Shown here piece after piece: positions 13,801 to 25,490 of a DNA stretch of 64,000 nucleotides (within the stretch, counting starts at the first letter, position 1; each line of letters begins with the position of its first letter). The stretch spans positions 46,128,001 to 46,192,000 of the forward strand of contig NC_079165.1 in the NCBI RefSeq assembly GCF_947568905.1, given 5' to 3'. Position numbers and translations under genes: made by a program. The notes under the pieces are model-generated. The model made no database searches, was not told the DNA's origin, and saw only the letters and a list, made by a program, of their open reading frames with translations. This DNA comes from Ostrea edulis. Lineage: Eukaryota.

Positions 13801-16800
13801 TGACTCCCTTATGGGGTTATGTCAGATCCTATTGTAGCGATTGTGAGCGTATCTAAGGATCTGATTTTAATTAGATTTCCTGAGACAACACCCAGGAGAA
13901 TATGCAGGGTTTGACATTTACTTTCTTGAGCACTAGACCAGTCGGGCTACTTCAAATGATTTTTACTAGACCTGACCTTACATCCACTAGCCCTGACCAA
14001 CTTTCCAGAGAAAAGAAACCCTGATGGTTTCTCCATATTTAAGTACTTAATTCAAATGACAAACGTTAAGTTTAAACTATAACGTACTTAATTGTCTCAA
14101 AAACATCTTTAGTCTCGTCATTCAATGTGATGCTTTTAATTTCAAACGCATTCTTTAAATTCTACTCGGCACAGAAATTCTTTAGTCTTTTGTTAGAATA
14201 AAATGACCTCAACATCTTTTTCAAAATTTCTTTTTCATAAGCCCTGCTTTGTTTCTTCCCAATCTACTCCTCTCTTTTTTTTTTCTCGGAACATCCTTCC
14301 TTGAGGACGAGAAGTCGACACATTCCCGCACATGTGTCAACAACGAAAAATGGCTATTTACGATTTAATTTATTTATTTGATAGACACGTTCTTATATTC
14401 AATTAAAATAAACTGTTTTGTTTTTATTCAAATGAAAATAAAACAGTTTATATCTATTTATCCGAAATATAACTTTACACCCATTAACAAAGAGTAAATG
14501 TCGTAAAATATCACTTCCGACAGCGACTTATAGATTAGAACTAAAAATAGAGATTTTGTCATCACGCGGTTCAAAATTGCTCGCAAACTCTTTACAGTTA
14601 TTTTTTTAAGTTAAAAATAAGATATCTTATGGTTTAAAATAAAGTTTCTTGTTTATTTGTTCAACACGACCAGTCGGACTAGTGAATCGACATTTTACCC
14701 GACCAAACCTATCATTTAGTAGACTCGGTCGGTCGGACGTGCCTTAGTGTCAAACCCTAATATGATTTTTCTTTTTCTTGGATGAATAAATCTTCACATC
14801 TCCCAAACATTCATGTAATAAATTTTTTATTACACCGAAACAAAGTAAAACTACAGAAATTGCAAAACAAATCCTGGATCTGCTCATTTCTACCTAGATA
14901 TGCTCAAACTGACAGTAGCACCGTGTCGTCAACGTAGTAGAATAAATAAAGTGATGTGATAACCATTTCTTATGTTTCCTTTCTCCCTGAATGCTGATTA
15001 TTTACAAGGTGTGTGTATAAAAAAGTGATGAATCTGCGTACAAGAAACCGGTGTATAAACAGACATTAAATTTCATATGAGACCCCTCACCATTCAAATG
15101 TTATGAGCTAGGTCAAAGTTTCAGACAGACAGGACAGAAACAATATGCCCCCTCCCCAAACTTTAGTCATGGGGGCATAAAAAAAACTTGAATCCAAACG
15201 ACTTTGCAATATTTGCATTTTGATTAGCTGCAGAACTATAGCTCTCCGAAAAAAATTATGTTAACAGTCCGGCCTGTCAACATAATTTTTTTCGGAGAGC
15301 TACAGTTCTGCAGCTACATTTTGATATGAATCATATGATAAAGTGGGATCCTGCTACTCTTGTAAAGAATTTGTTTTAAATAATTTCCTGTTTATTCCCA
15401 TATAAAACTTTGATCTCCTATTGTGACCCCATTCTACCCCCGGGCCCCCTGAAATGGACATGAAGAAGTTTGATTGAAATTGGCCTAGTGGATATGGAGA
15501 AGAATATGAAAATGTGAAAAGCCAGTCAAATTTCAATCAGAACTTTTGGTTCTGATGAGCTAAGATTTTCTATGGGTTTGTCATTTTGTGTTGAATACCA
15601 AGCCATACAATCAAGTGATCAATGACAAGCAAGTTTTGCTCATTCAGTAAGAATACAAAGTGACTCTATGAAATAATGTACATATCAACAAAATAGTATT
15701 TTTTTCTGCCAAAAATCCACTAAACTTTGATGGTTCTAAAAATGTATGAAACCCCCGTTATAATTCCAATGTTATTTATTACAATTGCTTTGATTGGACA
15801 AAAATAAAGCTGAGCGAGAGTTTACACATCTATAAATCCAAAAATGTGATGTATTCATACGCACCTGAAAACAAATAATGTAGTGCGGGGAAACTATCAA
15901 CATTTTTGAAATTGTTAATACAGGGAACGAATTGGAATTATAAGAATCAAACACTCTTTTTAAAGAATTTATCAATGCGTAAACTCTGGACATTTTACTC
16001 ACAAACTTAACATAAAAGTGCTTTGCACTTTTACTCAGTTTGTGAGTAAAATGTTTGGAGTTAACACATCAATAAATTTTTCAAAAAGAATGTTTAATCC
16101 TATAATAAATAATTTGCATAGAATATTACCTTTTTACCAAGAAGCATAACTTTTGCATGATCGGTTAATCCGATGTCTGTCAGGTATGCCTCTGGGTCTT
16201 TGTTTAAAGTCTTGCCTGAAAGAAAGAAAATCATTTAGCACCATTGCTTGTCCAAATATTGAAACTTAAAAATTGTGAAGGAAAGGTATCTTATTTCATC
16301 TGATTATGCAGAAATCGTTTTGTTTGTTTGTATGTCGTTTTCATACTATTCAAGAATTGTTCATTCATACAAACATCTACAGCTTCAGATGAAGTGCCAT
16401 CAATTCTAATCTAGGCTATGATTGGTGCTCAAAGCCATAGCAGTGACAGCTTTTATTGTGCCAATCCCTACCATGCCATAGGACCTCTGTTTTAAGGTCA
16501 CATCTTTAAGGGAAGAGATCAAAAGTTTAATGTCTGACAAAAAACTAAATTCACTAAGTTGAATCGCGTTTATATTGAACAGTATCTATATCTCGGTGAA
16601 TCGTTTTAGCCCTATATGTGAAGTGACCTTTAAACAATATGACCAGATGCTTTGCATTTGATGCTAATAATCAAAGTGAACATGATTTCAAAGATTGTTT
16701 TCAGTGAGATATACAGTGGAGCCTCGTTAATCCGGACACTTTGGTTCCCAGCAAAATCGTCCGGATAAATGAAGCGTCCGGATAACTGAATCACATATTT

Positions 16801-19800
16801 TTTATCTTTACATATGTAACCAATATGCTTACTTTATTGATGCGTAGTGAATTAAACACATTCTATCATTGGATTTAACCATTTGCATTAGTAAATAAAT
16901 CATGATAATGTTAACATTTACATGGATTTCAAAGCTCTAAAATTGAAATATACATGTGCAGTGTATTTGCCTATGCTTACACTGTACATGTATATTAGCA
17001 CTACAAATAATTATACAAAATTGTGAACCGTATGCACTAAAACTAAAACACTATATGTAACTATGAATAAATAAATCAATCAATAGTAACTAACATAATC
17101 ATTTACACTAAATAAACATTTCATCACACTTTTACTTCTTAAAGAGGCCGGTCATTTCCATCAGTCACGATTCACGGGTTTGGCGGTCTGTCTAAACAAT
17201 ATTCATCGTCCACAGTTGATTTAAGAATATCGTGTTTGTCATGTCGGTTGACAACATTCTTTAACCAAAATTTCATCTGCCAGAGTTTATATTTCTTATT
17301 CTATAATTATCCAAGCCAATATCGGGAGAACAAAATCATTTAAGTTAATAACATTAAGACCTACTACTGCTTTGTCTAGCCAAGTGCACCTATTATTTTC
17401 ATGATGCGATAATATCGGAACAAAACTCGGGTGAAACCAACTTTACGGGTACATACAAACTTTAACTGTCATTTTCCTTAAAATTGTAATTTTCTAACTG
17501 CTACCCAGAGTTTAAAAAATTGAAAGCAATAAAACTCTACAACATTGTAACAAGAATCAATCGTACACAGGTACATTCTACATGCGTTACAGTCTAAACA
17601 TTAAAAACTTACTACATATACATGAACATGAATGTATATTTCATGCCAATTAGCAGTATAAAATCCAGAATCTAGAAGTATAATCTACACTCTTTAGATT
17701 TGAATAAGTCGATATCAATTTACGAATCAGTACAACTGATATGTGTAGCAGACACTAGCAGTTCAACAACAAAAATATCATTACAGCATGCTGTTTAATT
17801 CATTTTAAAATACTATTAGGCTATTGATCAAGACTATAAAATAATATGCTACAGATTTACAAAATTTAACACTACACGCAATACAGATCTTATGTGCCAA
17901 AATTGGCAATACAAGATCGGCACGTGCTATCTAACTGACATATCATCACACACCACCTAATTAAAGGGAGGTGTTGATGGGGTACAGGTAATCGCTTCAA
18001 TTAGACAGTTTGGCTTGTTTTCTTTATAATTTACGCCTTGCTAAAATTGTCCGACACAGACCTTCCCTCAAAAAAAAATTACCGTCCGGATTAACGGTAC
18101 AATTTTCAATGCATATTAACGTTTTGTGGTAAAAAATGATCGTCCGGATCCGGAACGTGAATTTCCGGATTAATGATGCAAAATAACGTATAAAAATTCC
18201 GTTTCCTTGAAAAATCGTCCGGAAGGTGAAGCGTCCAGATTAATGGCGTCTGGATTACCGAGGCTCCACTGTATAGCATTTTAGAATATAAGTACACTGA
18301 CATATGTACATGCAGAGCAACATACAATCCGATAAAAGTCAAGTCATCGAAAACAGTCTTGTTCACTACAAATACAAAATTGATTCCATCTTTAAATGTA
18401 CAACATAATCAGAATTCATTTCTGAGACCATTATTACTGCAAACATACCTTTAAAAAGAATCTTTTGATTGGCTGGTGGAATTTCTGTGACATCATAGAT
18501 TTTCTTCACTAGATCCTCCACTGTCAGCACATTTCCCTGTACGGCTTGTAACCCAATGTCGTGGACTTTGGAACCTATATAAAGCAGAGTAACAAACAAA
18601 CCACTGCAGCACATACACTCCTTACTACACATGTAAACACATGCACACTAATCATAATTATAAGGACTAGGCTTCTTCATAACATTATGTAGTGATACTG
18701 TTTGCTACATGTATATCATAAAACTCTCGTCCCCATCTTTCAGAACATGTTGGCTGCGATTCAATTGGCACAGTTGCAAGAACACGTACTAATTTATGTT
18801 CCATGCTTAAATATACGTATGAAACAGAGAGATTCTAATTCATGATGGTACTAAATTTTGAATATGCTAAAACAAGTATACACATTCAATATTTACTATA
18901 TTAATTACAATAGGGAGCATATATCAGTTTCATTTACAGGAGCTAGGTTGCTTGCAGTATATAAGCCCTTTGATAATATTATGAAACAAAATCACATCCT
19001 ATGTATGAGAAATTGACAAAAATAATCATTGAAGTGCTCAGCAACTTTGGTGAGAGTTCCTACACCACCCCTCAAGCCATGGAATTTCATAACTTAAATC
19101 AACTGTTTTATTACCTAATGCAACAGATTTATAGTTACATCACATGTACATATGTAGTGGGTTTTTTTTTTTACTTATTTTTTCTGTAAAACTATTTAAG
19201 TTCCTCTAAAGCATTTTGACTGTCAGTCAATAGTTTTTGAATTTTTGGACTGGCTATCTATTGGACTGGCAATGTACATGTAGTAGTGCTTTAACATTGT
19301 TAAAGGAAATTTAAAGTTACTAACTATTTTGCATTAAAATCAGTTGTTCAAAAATGGTGGATGTTTATTATATAATAGGTTGCATGAATACAACTTGGCA
19401 AACACTATACAGTGGACTTTTATATCCTTTTCAAAAATGGTAACTTCTAGAAAGCCATCAACACATTCAATAACATTTTGATTGAATTCTTGGTATTTTT
19501 AGAGTCCTTATCTTTAAGAAGAATAACCCAATCTCCTTCCTGTAGCTCTGGGAATCTTACTAAAGCTGCCATGTTTGTTGTATCTGCACATTAGTGCATT
19601 TCGAAACGAATACCATACTTCCAGACCTGGGAAAATTAGCCTCGCCTATTGACTGATAAGACATTAAATAACTTTTTCTAGACGGCATCTGACATGTTGA
19701 CTGGTAGATGGAGGAACTGTAAAGTGTCAAAATGTAAGAAGTTCAACTGCAGTCTCTCAACATGTAGTCAGCTTCTCTTAGTCAAAATAAAAAGAAGAAA

Positions 19801-21922
19801 AGAAATGTGTTCTTTTGTGACTGTGATGCTGATGTACATTGTCATTTCAGTAAAAAGTGGTTGACCAAATTTTGATGAAATGCTTTGAAACTGTGAGCAT
19901 ATAAGTACCAGGTCTTGTATCTTATTATCAATCTATATACATGTATTCTATTAACTAATATCCCCTAACCAGAGACAACTGATGAAAGTTGAAGCTTTTT
20001 AAGAGGAATGGAACTGAACATCTTAAAAGGTTAAGCATTGTGGTTAAGAGGTATTTCAATGGACCGAGGACATTGGCCTGAAGAGCTCAGTGGTGGAGGG
20101 CCTGAATAGCAACACAAGCCATTGTAGTCACATAATCATGATTCATTTATCTTCCTACTGCCCAACAAATATTACCCTTGTTTAAATTATGTGTAAAAAT
20201 TCTAGGAGTTAAAAATCTCGAGAAACATAATGCAGGCATCAATGGGATAGTATTGGTTAAGCTGCATTTCAATGGATTGTGGATATGGGCCCATAAAACT
20301 CAGCACACATGTATAGTGCTTGACTAGTACTGCAGGTATATACATGTACAGTGCTTGACTAGTACTGCAGGTATGTACATGTACAGTACTTGACTAGTAC
20401 TGCAGGTATGTACATGTACAGTGTTTGACTAGTACTGCAGGTATATACATGTACAGTGCTTGACTAATACTGCAGGTATATACATGTACAGTGCTTGACA
20501 AGTACTGTAGGTATATACATGTACTATGTACATGTACAGTGCTTGACTAGTACTGCAGGTATATACATGTACAGTGCTTGACTAATACTGCAGGTATATA
20601 CATGTACAGTGCTTGACAAGTACTGTAGGTATATACATGTACAGTGCTTGACTAGTACTGCAGGTATGCACATGTACAGTGCTTGACTAGTACTGCAGGT
20701 ATATACATGTACAGTGCTTGCCTAGTACTGCAGGTATGTACATGTACAGTACTTGACTAGTACTGCAGGTATATACATGTACAGTGCTTGACTAGTACTG
20801 CAGGTATATACATGTACAGTACTTGACTAGTACTGCAGGTATGTACATGCACAGTGTTTGACAAGTACTGCAGGTATAACAGGAAGGGGAAAATTCAACA
20901 GACTAGCTAGACTGGGATTCGAACCTCGGCCTTCAGAATCTCTATATGGTTATGTGTTCTACCATTGAGTTTTCTGGCTACCAGAGATCAAATCCGGCTG
21001 ATTACCACATTCTTCCCTCCTTATAAATATGTCTTCACACTTTAAAGATATCAACCCAGAATCCCTGGCAGGTTTTTCACTTGTCCGTCTACAGCACCAT
21101 ATGTAAAGGGAAGGGAAGACATGCAGGATTTGAACTAAAGGGCTCCTGAATCTAGTCAGGTGCTCTACCAACTGAGCTCCCTGGCAATTGATTCCATCTA
21201 ACTGCTATACAGGGGTTCCCAGTTCAATTCTCAATCCAGCTACCTTACAACCATCCCTCTTCCTACAGTATGATGCAATAAATATTTAGGCATTGTTATC
21301 CTGTACGTATCTCATACATATACTGTCAGAAATAGGCTCTCCAAATACTGGTGAAATATTGTTCAATAATACATACATGTATATATTAGAAATTTCAACA
21401 TATTCGATAGACAATAAGTTAACAGTGTAAGATTTTGAGAATTTGCAAATCAGTTATATTCTACTAACCAGCTGCTAACGAATTTCAATATAATTATATA
21501 TGTAACTCAAAATAATTTTGCTTAAAATCGAACTGATATTTTAAATTCGTTTGTAAAACGAGTGGGTTATTAATCAGGAAAGCTTACGAAATCTATGAAA
21601 CATTTTCAAACAAGTGCCTCTGTAAGAAAGTATGTGCTGTTAGCCTGTATGGTTTTGTTCGAAATATACACATCATAACATACGTGGCAAACTACGAGTT
21701 AGTCCAAATGTAATATATCACCATGGAGTATTACAATACTGATACAGATCTCTGTTTACATACATTAACTCAGATGAAGGCAAGCCAAAACAAAAGCTAG
21801 CTGTTTATCGAGAAAATTCGGTATTTTTAAAGTAATACTTAGCAATTAACAAAATGAAGTGAATTTAAAATCGTACCATGCTTGACACGAAGTTTCATTC
21901 GACTGGCTTTTACGACTGACAT
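7845..21922 (-). CDS. BAG1: BAG family molecular chaperone regulator 1-like (ubiquitin-like domain + BAG domain), 6 coding exons, 207 aa
   Basis: Minus-strand exons: 21877-21922 (MSVVKASRMKLRVKH-G), 18449-18574 (SKVHDIGLQAVQGNVLTVEDLVKKIYDVTEIPPANQKILFK-G), 16130-16215 (KTLNKDPEAYLTDIGLTDHAKVMLLGKK), 9992-10105 (PDPLDDKEMGRLHNIEQSMKKEEEKLSEVTYELDGIHR), 8409-8579 (GFLDNSLKGPALQKSRKRVAHTIEQYMKLLETLDSLSLDESNSGGRAKRKSLVNRIQ), 7845-7925 (NLLDRCDGLAKGIEDMLARWSAKMQI*). All introns are GT-AG with phases 1,1,0,0,0; total 624 nt, open. The UBL motif QKILFKGK...VMLLGKK and BAG motif EQYMKLLETLDSL...RAKRKSLVNRIQ match the short BAG1 layout. Confidence 0.93.
8720..8980. repeat. 36 bp minisatellite (~7 copies) in BAG1 intron 4
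   Basis: Unit ctcttctgatatcaatttccttatctgatatctatt; explains ORFs 8746-9093 and 8750-8980. Confidence 0.9.
9369..9903. mobile_element. 535 bp MITE with TTAA target duplication (Kolobok-like termini)
   Basis: ttaa|AGGGACTGGTTCATGATTTT ... AAAATCGTGAATCAGTCCCT|ttaa; TIR identity 18/20. Confidence 0.8.
10821..12896. repeat. 32/34 bp minisatellite, ~64 copies, in BAG1 intron 3
   Basis: Unit ctcatacaatcatatcagtgacatt[accagct|actatagat], plus a gacatcattaggt variant. Confidence 0.97.
13270..13832. mobile_element. Possible ~560 bp MITE
   Basis: Inverted termini gatctgacataaccc ... gggttatgtcagatc; no clear target duplication. Confidence 0.45.
13905..14759. mobile_element. 855 bp non-autonomous TIR element with apparent 5-bp target duplication
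   Basis: ATATG|cAGGGTTTGACA ... TGTCAAACCCTa|ATATG. Confidence 0.65.
15225..15316. mobile_element. 92 bp hairpin mini-transposon with 9-bp target duplication
   Basis: CATTTTGAT|TAGCTGCAGAACTATAGCTCTCCGAAAAAAATTATG...CATAATTTTTTTCGGAGAGCTACAGTTCTGCAGCTA|CATTTTGAT. Confidence 0.85.
16714..18271. mobile_element. Tc1/mariner-pogo (Tigger-like) element, 1558 bp, no intact transposase
   Basis: ta|CAGTGGAGCCTCGTTAATCCGGAC ... GTCTGGATTACCGAGGCTCCACTG|ta; TIR identity 22/24 with TA duplication. Confidence 0.85.
20310..20874. repeat. 35 bp minisatellite (~16 copies) in BAG1 intron 1
   Basis: Unit gtacagtgcttgactagtactgcaggtatatacat. Confidence 0.95.
20875..21211 (-). mobile_element. TRIM-like element with two tRNA-containing short LTRs (Helenus-like)
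   Basis: LTR-like units 20875-21009 and 21102-21211, each with a tRNA A/B-box-like segment on the minus strand. A polypurine tract (aggagggaagaa, minus, 21010-21021) abuts one LTR and TGGTGCTGT (PBS-like, minus, ~21091-21099) abuts the other. Confidence 0.55.
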
Positions 21923-22212
21923 ACTATTATTTTCCGAAATCGTCCATCAAATAATATTTCAATATATTTGTTGTTGTTGTGAAAACAGAGCAATGAAATA
22001 GCGAAAACCTCTTAAGTACGGACATTCTTTTTCCGATTGCATGCTGCATGTGCCCTAATCCTATCAATCGTCCACAAATACAAGTATTGGTATCAGATAT
22101 TAGTATTGGTAACCACTCATGAATTACAATTAATTGATTTTATTTACAACTTTTTATTGATCATTGGAAGGCTCAGTTTGAGCCAATCTCTACCAAGAGT
22201 TATTGTTCCTTA

Positions 22213-22349
22213 TGTAACAGGAAGGGAGAAAATGCAACGGACCGGAACGGGACTCGAACCCGGGTATCCTGAATATCCCTAGTCAGATGCTCTACCAACT
22301 GAGCTACATGTATCTGGCCACCGGCGATGAAACCCGGCTGACCGCTACA
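22213..22349 (-). mobile_element. 137 bp solo LTR containing a tRNA-like sequence, 4-bp target duplication
   Basis: CTTA|TGTAAC...GCTACA|CTTA. The minus strand carries gtagctcagttggtagagca...gggttcgagtccc. Confidence 0.7.
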
Positions 22350-22364
22350 CTTATATATCAGACT

Positions 22365-22757
22365 AATATGCTTGTTGTTTCTGCTGGGATGCTTGTTGAT
22401 TGGTTTAATTCAAATTTCTGCTGGGATTCTTGTTTGGTTTAATATTTTTGCTAGGATATTTGTTTGGTTTCATATTTCTTCTAGGATGCTAGTTGATTGG
22501 TTAAATTCAAATTTCTGCTGGGATGCTTGTTGATTGGTTTAATTCAAATTTCTGTTGGATGCTTATCTGCTAGGATGCTTGTTGATTGGTTAAATTCAAA
22601 TTTCTGCTGGGGTGCTTGTTGATTGGTTTAATTAAAATTTCTGTTGGGATGCTTATTTGGTTTTATATTTTTGCTGGGATGCTTGTTGATTGGTTAAATT
22701 CAAATTTCTGCTGGGATGCTTGTTGATTGGTTTCATGTAATTCTGCTGGGGCGCTTG
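22365..22757. repeat. ~37 bp degenerate minisatellite
   Basis: Unit tttctgctgggatgcttgttgattggtttaattcaaa; the last unit is split by the foldback element and resumes at 23548. Confidence 0.85.
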
Positions 22758-23547
22758 TAATCTCAGCGAGATTCGTCGAGGCTGGATATTTGGACTGACG
22801 CCTCTTCCGAATCTCAGACCAGTGTCACATACAGTGATTCGGGAAATCTTGCCTGAACTTCGGCCGCTTGTTGCGATTAAAATGGGTTAAATTGAATTTC
22901 TTGTCCGCTTCAACTTTTCGCCTTAGATATCCTATTAACTCCCTATCACAATGAAACATGCATTTCTTACCTTTACAAGGTGTAAATCCCACAGTAATTC
23001 AAGTTGGCTATTTTCGAAGCCATTGCAAACGGTCACCATTTCATATTTTACCTTTTCAACACTGGAGAGTTCCGATATACTACTTCATGACAATTTGTAC
23101 TATGATGGAAAATACAGAACTTACTGGTTGACAATTACTTTGTACAAAGCATTTAAGCATAAAAATTAAAAGCAATAAAAAGAAAACTGTGTAACATTTA
23201 ATCAATCTATTTGAAGGCGTCCTAAACTATCGGAACTCTTCAGTGTTGAGAAGGTAAAATATGAAATGGTGGCCGTTTGCAATGGCTTCGAAAATAGCCA
23301 ACTTGAATTACTGTGGGATTTACACCTTGTAAAGGTAAGAAATGCATGTTTCATTGTGATAGGGAGTTAATGGGATGTCTAAGGCGAAAAGTTGAAGCGG
23401 ACAAGAAATTCAATTTAACCCATTTTAATCGCAACAAGCGGCCGAAGTTCAGGCAAGATTTCCCGAATCACTGTATGTGACACTGATCTGAGATTCGGAA
23501 GAGGCGTCAGTCCAAATATCCAGCCTCGACGAATCTCGCTGAGATTA
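22758..23547. mobile_element. 790 bp foldback element: 320 bp TIRs, 150 bp spacer, 9-bp target duplication
   Basis: GGGCGCTTG|TAATCTCAGCGAGATTCG ... CGAATCTCGCTGAGATTA|GGGCGCTTG. Arms 22758-23077 and 23228-23547 differ at about 6 positions. Confidence 0.92.
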
Positions 23548-24751
23548 GGGCGCTTGTTGATTGGTTTTGTGGTATAGAAATACATTGATTTCTGTTTGTG
23601 CGATTTATTCTATCATATATAAAGATAAAAAAAATTTAAATGTCCCTAAATTTTCCGACCCCGTATTTTAAACATTGTTCTATTTCAAATTATAGTATAT
23701 ATTTGAGTTTGTGTTTCAAACACTCCAATCTACAGACAATAACATTTGTATTTACAAACCATAGAAGTAGGCCATAGTCACTGCGATGTCATTAATTAAA
23801 CAGAAAGCTCTCGTTATATATACACCATCAAAATCTTTGTGAAATCACGAAAAGTGTGTTTTTATCCGACTGAAAACCTGTTAAGATACTAGTATTCTGA
23901 GAATTGTTATGTTAAGCCACGAGAACTAGTTCGTTTACTGGGCGTCCAAAAGGCTTGACGACGTACTTTGGTATTTTATTTTATTGAATTTTAAAAATTC
24001 ATACTGAATCACGTGAGCTGAACTGTAACTCATGCAACAAATGAATGAGGTACATTGTAACATAGATTATTGGAATTCGATTTTTGAATTAGTAAATAGA
24101 TCATGTAGAAAATAATGAGTAACCTACTCTCGGACATCTATGTGAAGCATATAGAGTGCGGCAAATTAATATCAACCTGTTTATAACCCCCACCCCACCC
24201 CCATGCAAAAGTTTAATGGCTTCAGTCAAAGTAAAACTCCTGTAAATAGCATAGTTCTATCAGGTGTGGATAGACAGGTGTTAATGGTAGTAAGGATGAC
24301 AGAAGAGCGGCAATCGGGTTCTCTTAATCTGTCGCCCTCACCTTCTCGTTTTTCATAAGTTCGCTCCCCTTCCGTTGTCCATATGAAGGAGCACACTTAT
24401 AGTTTCTTTAATTCTAATTGATATAAATGGTATATCTGTTAGTGTTGATGAATACTAAGTTGATTTTATATGCTTACGATAGTGCTACATGTATATTTTA
24501 TGCATATACAAATCCTTGTATTATTAACAAAAACTGGACAGTGTTCTTGAAAAATGTTCTTCATGGTTGGTCGATAACAGGTTGTCACTCCATTCAGGCA
24601 AAACAATATCCATTTTTAAACCCCCAAGAACACTTGATATATGATTAAACATCCTCTTCGAAGAATTTATCGATGTGTAAACTCTGGACATTTTACTCAC
24701 ACACTGTTGCATTGCCATTAGAGATCAAAGAGATGGCTATAAAACAAACAT

Positions 24752-24786
<35 letters not shown>

Positions 24787-25010
24787 ATAAAAAAACAACA
24801 ACAACAACAAAACAACAACTGTGAAATCATTTTTAGCCTGTAATGCAAGAAATGCTACCTGATGTTTTGTCAAGTTTTCTGCTTTTCATATTTCATAAGT
24901 ACACTAGTCATTATCCTTGTATACTATGCTTAACTTTAACAACTGAATTCATTGTAACACAAGGGCCCCTTAGGAAGCTGTTAAGGGTCTAAGGGTCATC
25001 CTTAGGTAAT

Positions 25011-25062
<52 letters not shown>

Positions 25063-25447
25063 GTGCAAATGTATATGATAGGAACTATATCTAGTTTTGT
25101 AAATATTATCTGTTTTGTGATCGTCTGGATTTTATTGAATTACTCATGAAATTATAAAAAGTCTTCTATTTCCTTCTTCTAAAGCTATCATACCTATTTC
25201 TCCATCCTGAAATATTGTTGATCAGAAACTGCAAACACATATCTTTTAAGCCTGGCCTTATTACGTGGTGTTTGAACAGTGCAATTTGCATGTTTTTATG
25301 TTGGGAACAACCCCTTGGACATCCATGCATGTTTAACAGAAATCGTTTAAACTTTATTTGCTGAACTTTAACAACTTTGACATGTATCTATCAAGGCAGT
25401 TTTTTTTTAAACATGGCAATGATACATAGTTCAAAGAACTCCAATTC

Positions 25448-25457
25448 CTTATAAAGA
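25448..25457 (+). promoter_or_regulatory. TATA box of the cysteine-rich peptide gene
   Basis: cTTATAAAGa with TATAAA at 25450-25455, about 40 bp upstream of ATG 25491. Confidence 0.5.
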
Positions 25458-25490
25458 ATGAACCAGACTCCCTTTCTGATTGAGTACAGA

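Noticed and set aside
15940-16010. Similar short ORFs at 15772-16002 and 24524-24718 (SKMSRVY..INS)
   Set aside because: The shared part is a ~45-bp repeat fragment; no splice structure or domain signal.
19447-19572. Minus-strand ORF MAALVRFPELQEGDWVILLKDKDSKNTKNSIK... as a candidate BAG1 first exon
   Set aside because: No suitable phase-1 donor, and the exon at 21877-21922 fits. It loosely resembles the start of Crypton/DUF3504-type ORFs, but is too short to call.
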